Below are positions 57,197 through 64,000 of a stretch of DNA of 64,000 nt, in pieces (position 1 is the first letter of the stretch; each line of letters begins with the position of its first letter). A program made the translations under genes and the position numbers. Source of the DNA: Candidatus Aenigmatarchaeota archaeon (GTDB lineage: Archaea > Aenigmatarchaeota > Aenigmatarchaeia > Aenigmatarchaeales > Aenigmatarchaeaceae); contig JBDRJK010000014.1 of assembly GCA_043814985.1 (NCBI GenBank), positions 34,369 to 98,368 on the forward strand, given 5' to 3'. The notes beneath the pieces are model-generated. The model searched no databases, had not been told where the DNA came from, and saw only the letters and a list, made by a program, of their open reading frames with translations.

Positions 57197-59461
57197 ATGG
57201 CTGACGAAGTAAAATTAAAGGTTGGAGAATTAACAGGAAGGGAAGACTTCGGTAGAGGCATTGCAAGACTTGACGGCAACATGATGAAAAAGATAGGGGC
57301 AAAGGAAGGCGACATTCTTGAGATCGAGGGCAAGAGGAAGACAGGCGTTGTTGCAATCAGGAGCTATCCAGCAGACGTAGGGATGAACATATTAAGGGTC
57401 GATGGTCTGGTAAGAAAGAACTGCGATGCTTCAATAGGAGAATCTGTAAAAGTTAGAAAGTCAAATGCCAAGGAAGCAAAGAAAGTCACATTGGCACCTG
57501 CACAGAAAGGATTCATGCTTCACATCTCACCAAACCTGCTAAGGCAGAACCTGTTCATGAGGCCCATGTCAAAGGGAGACATAATAACCACGTCACCTGT
57601 TTTCAAGACCAAGACAAGGAACAGCGACATGTTCTCACAACTCTTAGGAATAAACATAGAGGAAGTCTTCATGCCAATGGGAACTGAGATGAAACTGGTT
57701 GTTGTAAGTACCAGTCCAAACGAGATAACCCAGATAACTGACATGACCGAGGTCGAGTTAAAGCCAGAGGCTGTCGAGGTCGAGGAGACAAAGCTCCCTT
57801 CTGTCACATACGAGGACATAGGAGGCTTGGGGGAGATAGTTCCCAAGATAAGGGAAATGATTGAAGTTCCATTGAGAAGGCCTGAAGTGTTTGAGAGGTT
57901 GGGAATCGAGCCGCCCAAGGGAGTTCTGTTGCACGGACCGCCTGGTACCGGAAAAACTCTGATAGCAAAGGCAGTTGCCAATGAATCAGGTGCGCATTTC
58001 GTATCATTGGCAGGACCCGAGATATTCTCGAAATGGTACGGCCAGACAGAGCAGAACCTGAGAAAGGTCTTTGACGATGCTGAGAAGAATGCTCCTGCAA
58101 TTATTTTTATTGACGAGATTGATGCAATTGCTCCTAAGAGAGAGCAGGTAACAGGAGAGGTTGAGAGGAGAACTGTTTCACAATTGCTAACATTGATGGA
58201 TGGTTTGAAATCAAGGGGAAAAGTAGTTGTTATAGCTGCAACCAACCGTGTCAATGCATTGGATCCTGCCTTGAGAAGGTCAGGAAGGTTTGACAGGGAG
58301 ATAGAGGTTCCTGTTCCAGACAAGAAGGGAAGAAAGGAGATACTGCAGATACACAGTCGTTACATGCCAATGGAAAAGGATGTTGACCTTGATAAACTGG
58401 CAGAAGTTACCTATGGTTATGTAGGTGCAGACATTGCTGGTTTGGCTAGGGAGGCTGCAATGCATGCCTTGAGAAGGGTCATACCTACCATTTCTTCTTT
58501 GAAGGAGGACGAGCCAATACCAAAGGAGATTCTGGAAAAACTAAAAATCAAGAAAGAGGACTTTGATTATGCTTTGAGAATGGTTCAGCCATCCGCAATG
58601 AGGGAAGTCATGATTGAGATTCCGAAAGTCAAGTGGGAGGAGGTCGGCGGCTTGGATGATGTCAAGCAAGCTTTGAAGGAGGCTGTGCAGTTGCCTTTGG
58701 AGAATCCTCAGTGTTTCAAGACATTGGGAATAAAGCCTCCAAGAGGAGTCCTTCTATATGGTCCACCTGGGTGCGGCAAGACTTATGTTGTGAAAGCACT
58801 GGCAAACGAGGCTGGAGTTAATTTTGTTTCAGTCAAGGGGCCTGAACTTTTGTCAAAATGGGTAGGGGAGTCAGAGCAGCATGTCAGGGACGTATTCAGG
58901 AGGGCAAAGCAGGTTGCGCCGTCAATAGTTCTGTTTGATGAGATAGATTCCCTAGCTCCCAGAAGAGGGACAAGTAGTGGTTCAAAAGTCATGGAGCAGG
59001 TCGTATCACAATTATTAACGGAAATGTCTGGAATAGAAGACATGGAAGGGGTTTCTGTTATAGCAACGACCAACAGGCCGGACATTATGGATCCTGCATT
59101 ATTGAGGCCTGGAAGATTTGACAGGTTAATCTATGTCCCAGCTCCTGACGAGAAGACAAGACTGGAGATATTCAAGATACACACCAAGAACATGCCTTTG
59201 AAAGGTGTCAAGCTGGATAAGATGGCCAAGCTGACAGAGGGATACTCTGGTGCAGACATCGAGGCATTGGCAAGGGAGGCAGCCATGTTCGCTCTAAGGG
59301 AGAGCCAGAAGGCAAAGGAAGTAACAATGAAGCACTTTGAAGAGGCATTGAAGAAGATAAAGCCTTCAATAACAGATGAGATTTTCAAGCAGTATCAGAA
59401 GGCTGTTGATAACCTCAGGAAAACAGAGATAAAGGGAGACAACGCAAGGTACATTGGGTGA
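57197..59461 (+). CDS. cdc48: CDC48/VAT family AAA ATPase
   Basis: N-domain plus two AAA modules (GPPGTGKT, GPPGCGKT, DEID, RxGRFDR). Confidence 0.95.
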   Translation: MADEVKLKVGELTGREDFGRGIARLDGNMMKKIGAKEGDILEIEGKRKTGVVAIRSYPADVGMNILRVDGLVRKNCDASIGESVKVRKSNAKEAKKVTLAPAQKGFMLHISPNLLRQNLFMRPMSKGDIITTSPVFKTKTRNSDMFSQLLGINIEEVFMPMGTEMKLVVVSTSPNEITQITDMTEVELKPEAVEVEETKLPSVTYEDIGGLGEIVPKIREMIEVPLRRPEVFERLGIEPPKGVLLHGPPGTGKTLIAKAVANESGAHFVSLAGPEIFSKWYGQTEQNLRKVFDDAEKNAPAIIFIDEIDAIAPKREQVTGEVERRTVSQLLTLMDGLKSRGKVVVIAATNRVNALDPALRRSGRFDREIEVPVPDKKGRKEILQIHSRYMPMEKDVDLDKLAEVTYGYVGADIAGLAREAAMHALRRVIPTISSLKEDEPIPKEILEKLKIKKEDFDYALRMVQPSAMREVMIEIPKVKWEEVGGLDDVKQALKEAVQLPLENPQCFKTLGIKPPRGVLLYGPPGCGKTYVVKALANEAGVNFVSVKGPELLSKWVGESEQHVRDVFRRAKQVAPSIVLFDEIDSLAPRRGTSSGSKVMEQVVSQLLTEMSGIEDMEGVSVIATTNRPDIMDPALLRPGRFDRLIYVPAPDEKTRLEIFKIHTKNMPLKGVKLDKMAKLTEGYSGADIEALAREAAMFALRESQKAKEVTMKHFEEALKKIKPSITDEIFKQYQKAVDNLRKTEIKGDNARYIG

Positions 59462-59465
59462 TTTA

Positions 59466-59804
59466 ATGGAGAAAAAGAAGAGAGTTGATGTAAAAATAGA
59501 CCACGGCGATCAGGCGTTCTTTACAGACAATGTCACGGTCCTGCACAGTCCGAGCAAGTTCATAATAGACTTTTCCCAGACAGTGCCGAGGATTGACAAC
59601 ATCGACGGCAAGATGAGGCAGACCTTCACGATAAAGCACAACACAGTGCTTCTTGACCCGCCTTTTGCAAAGTCTTTGTTGGACGTATTAAAAAAGAACG
59701 TCAAGACCTTTGAGAAGAAGTTCGGGGACATAAAGCTCGCCAAGAAAATACCTACAGAGAAAAAGCCTATAGAAGCTGAGAGCACTACAAGATATATTGG
59801 TTAG
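59466..59804 (+). CDS. DUF3467-like hypothetical protein
   Basis: FFTDNVTV.H....FIIDF...LDP..AK.L...L..N...FEKKFG.I pattern. Confidence 0.65.
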   Translation: MEKKKRVDVKIDHGDQAFFTDNVTVLHSPSKFIIDFSQTVPRIDNIDGKMRQTFTIKHNTVLLDPPFAKSLLDVLKKNVKTFEKKFGDIKLAKKIPTEKKPIEAESTTRYIG

Positions 59805-60019
59805 ACCCTTTTTCTGGCCAGTTCAATATCTTCCCTTTTAACAGTCTTTCTTCCAGCATGCTTTGCGAACTTTACCGCATCTTTGGCTATCTCGAAGGTA
59901 AAGTCCTTGACCACATCTGCCAAGGCTCTGGCAGCTGGTTCTGAGACCCTTTCTGCTCCTGCCTGCCTTAGAATATCAGCCATGGGGGCAGATGCTATAA
60001 TTGACCTCTTTCTGGGCAT
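59801..60019 (-). CDS. Archaeal histone
   Basis: AP..ILRQAGAERVS...AKHAGRKTVKREDIELA. Confidence 0.95.
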   Translation of the reverse strand: MPRKRSIIASAPMADILRQAGAERVSEPAARALADVVKDFTFEIAKDAVKFAKHAGRKTVKREDIELARKRV

Positions 60020-60109
60020 ACATGATTAATGAGTAGAGAAATATTTATAAGTATGCATATAATTAATAAATTTAAATAGCTTTTCACTAAACAATTAAAT
60101 GCTGATGAT

Positions 60110-62470
60110 ATGGTCAAGGGATTAATCAAGTACGTGTGTATCTTCTTGGTATTGCTATCCATACAGGGAGTTGTGTTTGCTCAAAATACTATATTTAATG
60201 AACCTTTCTCTGATTCTACTATAAACGGAACTATAGTTTTTAATGCAACTACTGATTATGATTGTGAAAATGCCACGTTCTTTTATTCTGATAATCCTAT
60301 AAATCCTTGGCAGGAAATAGGAAGCAACACAACCAATGGAATAGAATTTACTTTAATTTTTAATACAAATAGTTTGTCAGACGGAATTTACAATTTTACA
60401 GTCAATTCTACTAATTCAACTCATGAAACCTTTGATACAAGTACAAACGTAGCTATTGATAATCCACCAAAATGGTTTAATGAAACTACTTCTCTTACTT
60501 CAGGTTTAGAGTATTCTCCAAATCAAAATTATCAATTCAATATAACTTGGACTGATGGTTCTTTAGACCAAGTCTTTTTCGAGTCCAATTATACTTTAAA
60601 TGCTAGTGAAGCTGGGACCATGACAAATTATACAAATCCCACTATTACCAATTCTTCCGGAGTATTTTCAATAGTTCTAAGTGATATACCAGCACAATCT
60701 TTTCTTTACAGATGGATTGGTAATGATTCTTCATCTAGTGAAAATTCCACAGAAGAATCAACTTATATAATTAGTGAAAACTCTTCAATACCAATTATTT
60801 TAACTCTTGATGGAGCTGAAGAAGATAAATCTTATAATTTAAATCAAAATGCTACATTTGAAGCAAGTCTTAATATTCCCAATAAAAATATTTATTTAAA
60901 TTCCAGCTCCCCTTGTTGGACAAATTTAACCAGTGCAACTTCTCTTGCTTCTAATACAACTAATTTGACATGTTCTGGTTTTTATAGCCTCACTGCCTAT
61001 TGGAATGGTGATGAGAACTATACATCATCTGAAGTAACCTATTATTTTGACACAATAGCACCGCAGTATAGTAATATGTTTCCTTCACTCCAATCAGGAG
61101 AATATGCATCAAACAAGACATATTGGTTTAATATAACTTGGACAGCAGCAACCATAGAAGATGTTCAGTTTGGATTTAAAGATAATTCATCAGAATTTTC
61201 ATTGTATAATTCATCAGATATTCAGAGCTCTTCAGGAATTTATTCAGTTAATATAACAGATTTGCTCGTAGGAGATTACACTTATTTTTGGTGTGCAAAT
61301 AGAAGCAGCACAGAGAACATAACAAGCTGCACTAATAACACAATGTTCAATGTGACTAAGAAAGCTGGTAGTCTTCTTATGTTTTTTGATAATAATCCAA
61401 TAACCGATGGCGCATCAACAACTGTCACATGTTCAAAATTAAATGGAGATAGTTCATCTATCATAACTTTATACAAAGATAGCGTTTCCGTTGATACTAA
61501 TACAATTTCTGTAGTTAAAACTTATTCTGGTACGTTAACAGAAGGGACATACAGCTTTACATGTACAATGAATGAAAGTCAAAACTATACATTATACACT
61601 TACCCACCGACAAATTTAGTTGTAGATCCAGCAACATTTATTATAGAAGGAGGTCAAGCCGGTACAGATAACACACCAGCTTCTACTTCTGGTGCATTCA
61701 CAATCACACCTTCAGAATCAAAAATAACAGTTGGGGTTGGCTCAAGCAAGGAAATGACATTTGTTTTGAAGAATACCCGTACTCTCGATGATGTTTTAAA
61801 TATAGTAATTACTGTTTCAGGCATATCACCAGACTGGTACTCTTTGGACAAAGAAACAATAGCTAAATTAAGGCATGGCGGCGGTTCTGAAACTATTAAA
61901 ATGATCTTGAACATTCCAGAGAATGCTAGTAAGGCAACATACAGCATGAGAGTAAAGGCTAGTGGAGAAGATATAGATGGAAGCAGTTCAATGGTACAAA
62001 CTTCTCCAGTCCAATTGGTTGTAGGCGAGCCGTCAGAAGAAGTGGTTGAAGCTGTTTTAGCAACTCAGGAGGCTGCTCCTGAAAACGAGACAGAAGAAGG
62101 CGCTCCAACAGGCTTCTTGCCATTCAGTTCAGAATACGTTCCGTACATGGTTCTTTTGGTGGGAGCAATAGTTTCAATAATGGTTTTCCTTAAGAGGGAT
62201 GACATAACTGCTGGCCTTATGGGCATTAGCGGTGTCAAGGCCCCTAAAAGACAAACACGTAAAAAGGTAGAGAAGAAAGCTAAAAAACCTTCTTTCAGAG
62301 ATTTTGACTGGAAGCTTTCCGTTGGTCTCAAAAAGGAAAAGAAGCCAAAGACCCTTGAGATACCATCTGCAGAAAGAGAAGAGGTGCTTGAAAGGGAGAT
62401 CAGCAAAGACATAAAGGAACTGAAGAACATCATGGAAGCTGAAAAGAGAATAAAGAAGCGCAAGAAATAA
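60110..62470 (+). CDS. Membrane-anchored surface glycoprotein
   Basis: Signal peptide, sequon-rich repeats (FNITWT), PTGF plus TM, basic cytoplasmic tail. Confidence 0.8.
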   Translation: MVKGLIKYVCIFLVLLSIQGVVFAQNTIFNEPFSDSTINGTIVFNATTDYDCENATFFYSDNPINPWQEIGSNTTNGIEFTLIFNTNSLSDGIYNFTVNSTNSTHETFDTSTNVAIDNPPKWFNETTSLTSGLEYSPNQNYQFNITWTDGSLDQVFFESNYTLNASEAGTMTNYTNPTITNSSGVFSIVLSDIPAQSFLYRWIGNDSSSSENSTEESTYIISENSSIPIILTLDGAEEDKSYNLNQNATFEASLNIPNKNIYLNSSSPCWTNLTSATSLASNTTNLTCSGFYSLTAYWNGDENYTSSEVTYYFDTIAPQYSNMFPSLQSGEYASNKTYWFNITWTAATIEDVQFGFKDNSSEFSLYNSSDIQSSSGIYSVNITDLLVGDYTYFWCANRSSTENITSCTNNTMFNVTKKAGSLLMFFDNNPITDGASTTVTCSKLNGDSSSIITLYKDSVSVDTNTISVVKTYSGTLTEGTYSFTCTMNESQNYTLYTYPPTNLVVDPATFIIEGGQAGTDNTPASTSGAFTITPSESKITVGVGSSKEMTFVLKNTRTLDDVLNIVITVSGISPDWYSLDKETIAKLRHGGGSETIKMILNIPENASKATYSMRVKASGEDIDGSSSMVQTSPVQLVVGEPSEEVVEAVLATQEAAPENETEEGAPTGFLPFSSEYVPYMVLLVGAIVSIMVFLKRDDITAGLMGISGVKAPKRQTRKKVEKKAKKPSFRDFDWKLSVGLKKEKKPKTLEIPSAEREEVLEREISKDIKELKNIMEAEKRIKKRKK

Positions 62471-62502
62471 AACAATTAAAATCTTGGATTCTAAATATAT
62501 TC

Positions 62503-62670
62503 ATGAAGAAAGCCATTATTCTGTGCTTGGTAGTATTCATTATATTAGTGGCAACATTGGACCTGCCACCGAGCATAACAGGTTTTGCAGTAAAGGTTAC
62601 ATCAACAGTGGTGACAATAGTCAAGCAAATACTGAAGTCAGTTCTTTTAGCTATTGCAAACATGTTGTGA
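62503..62670 (+). CDS. Small (55 aa) membrane/secreted protein, not in the ORF track
   Basis: MKKAIILCLVVFIILVATLDLPPSITGFAVKV...ML*: signal-like N-terminus and ITGFAV motif. Confidence 0.6.
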   Translation: MKKAIILCLVVFIILVATLDLPPSITGFAVKVTSTVVTIVKQILKSVLLAIANML

Positions 62671-63544
62671 TAACAGGTTTTTCATCTACAATTACTGTGT
62701 GTTCTGACTGCGCAACAGGCTTCCCAGAAACTTCTTTCAACGGGTCGTAACCATACAAGGCATTGGAATTAGTCAATTCTCTCAAGGCAAGTTCAACCTT
62801 CAGAGGTGAGAACTTTTTCTGTATCCATCTCTTGGCAAAAGGCAGTCTCTCGAACTCGGTTCTTGCAAGCTCTAGAATTTTCCTCGCTTCCAACATTCTC
62901 ATTGGTCTGTCAACAATCCACCTGAATATCATGGGCTTCCCAGAATCCTTCACAACCCCGTTGCCAGCAGTGCAGAATGGTTCGACACCATACACCTCTC
63001 CCTCTCTCAGCTGGTATTTAGAATCGTTCTTGATATTGGGTATGATTGTTCCAGCATGGATGTCGTACCTGTCTATGCTGTGGCCTGTCAGGTTCCTTAT
63101 TGCCTTGAAGCCGAACTCACTGCAGACATTCTCGACTGCCTCTCCAATATCTCCTATGGTCGTCCCGGGCTTGAACATTAACATGGCTTTCTCAAGCATC
63201 TTCTCAGAACATATTATCAAATCATCCTTGCCGGCAACCCTTACTGTTCTTGCAGTATCACCGATGTAACCGTCAATATGAACGCCCACGTCGATTTTTA
63301 CATAGTCCTCCTCGTTGATGACAGTCTTGTCATTCATTTGTGGATGCCAGTGAGCTGCAATGTCATTGATGGAAATGTTAACGGGGAATGCAGGCTTGCC
63401 TCCAAGCTCCTCTATCTTCTTGTCAATCTTTTCTGCAATCTCAACAGTAAGGACATCCTTCTTCACAAGGCCACAACCGAAATCCAGGACATGGGCTGCT
63501 ATTTTCCCTGCTTTAATGTAGTTATCTAAAATTTCTTTTTCCAT
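62651..63544 (-). CDS. map: Methionine aminopeptidase type II
   Basis: AFPVNISINDIAAH, KIDVGVHIDGYIGDTA, NLTGH, IHAG, EPF, QSEHT. Confidence 0.95.
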   Translation of the reverse strand: MEKEILDNYIKAGKIAAHVLDFGCGLVKKDVLTVEIAEKIDKKIEELGGKPAFPVNISINDIAAHWHPQMNDKTVINEEDYVKIDVGVHIDGYIGDTARTVRVAGKDDLIICSEKMLEKAMLMFKPGTTIGDIGEAVENVCSEFGFKAIRNLTGHSIDRYDIHAGTIIPNIKNDSKYQLREGEVYGVEPFCTAGNGVVKDSGKPMIFRWIVDRPMRMLEARKILELARTEFERLPFAKRWIQKKFSPLKVELALRELTNSNALYGYDPLKEVSGKPVAQSEHTVIVDEKPVITTCLQ

Positions 63545-63548
63545 AATA

Positions 63549-64000
63549 TCATTCCTTTGTGGCCTCAACACCAAGACTTTCAAGAGCCATTCCATTGTAT
63601 TGTTCCTTGCTTATACTCTTGTTTTCTTTTATTATTTTCGTGTTGAAACCAGCTTCCTTGATTTTCTTAATGTAATCATCCCTCATAAGAGCTCCTGCAA
63701 CACAGCTTGTGAGAAGGTCAATGTCATTCTTCTGCTCTTCCTTCAACGCTTCAAGCAGGACTATGTCAGACACGAACAATTTGCCACCTTTTCTGAGAAC
63801 CCTAAAAGCCTCTTTGAAAACTTTGGACTTGTCTGGGGAGAGGTTTATTACGCAGTTGCTTATTATCACGTCAACTGAGCTATCATCTATTGGAAGATTC
63901 TCTATCTCCCCCAACCTGAACTCAACGTTTTTGAATCCATACTTTTCAGCATTTCTGCGAGACATCTCTATCATTTTCTCTGTCATGTCAATCCCTATTA
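63549..64000 (-). CDS. arsM: Arsenite methyltransferase-like SAM methyltransferase, 5' end outside the window
   Basis: [40 protein letters not shown]. Confidence 0.85.
   Translation of the reverse strand, partial: IGIDMTEKMIEMSRRNAEKYGFKNVEFRLGEIENLPIDDSSVDVIISNCVINLSPDKSKVFKEAFRVLRKGGKLFVSDIVLLEALKEEQKNDIDLLTSCVAGALMRDDYIKKIKEAGFNTKIIKENKSISKEQYNGMALESLGVEATKE

Noticed and set aside
57520..58323. Long antisense ORFs (this 267-aa one and many shorter)
   Set aside because: Shadows of well-supported genes on the opposite strand, with no motifs of their own.
62484..62750. 88-aa plus-strand ORF from the track
   Set aside because: TTG start, non-protein-like composition and deep overlap with map; the 62503-62670 frame is more plausible.
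1..64000. CRISPR array, rRNA or tRNA genes
   Set aside because: Intergenic gaps are short and AT-rich; no regularly spaced repeats or cloverleaf motifs were recognised by eye (tRNAscan/Infernal not run).

Overview
Archaeal chromosomal segment: histone, AglB/STT3, CDC48, type II MetAP, TATA-led and often leaderless genes. A DPANN-type lineage such as Aenigmarchaeota is inferred, not shown. 1-27.6 kb is an N-glycosylation/surface-glycan locus (GT2 and GT-C transferases, flippases, AglB) carrying seven cobalamin-binding radical SAM genes, one SPASM-type radical SAM gene and three methyltransferases. A NUMOD3/Vsr-like endonuclease sits between an orphaned and a replacement N-terminus of one radical SAM gene. 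27.7-39.2 kb encodes sequon-rich surface proteins; two of them form a ~7 kb GC-richer insert flanked by diverged copies of the 3' end of a beta-CASP nuclease gene. 41-64 kb is mostly housekeeping and metabolism (mtnP, tyrS, aroB', aroA', aspartate kinase, serA-like, serS, LAGLIDADG ORF, topA, pyrDFE, cdc48, histone, map). The top observation is absent from the ORF track: two short leader ORFs matched to the downstream pathway. MRSRLYFKYTQYFFTFM (Phe/Tyr-rich) precedes the aspartate kinase that can feed the AroA'/AroB' aromatic pathway, and MLGTLEKLSIKISLSSSGSCCSE (Ser/Cys-rich) precedes serA-serS. Each has predicted RNA stems, suggesting ribosome-mediated attenuation in an archaeon. No rRNA, tRNA or CRISPR array was recognised.
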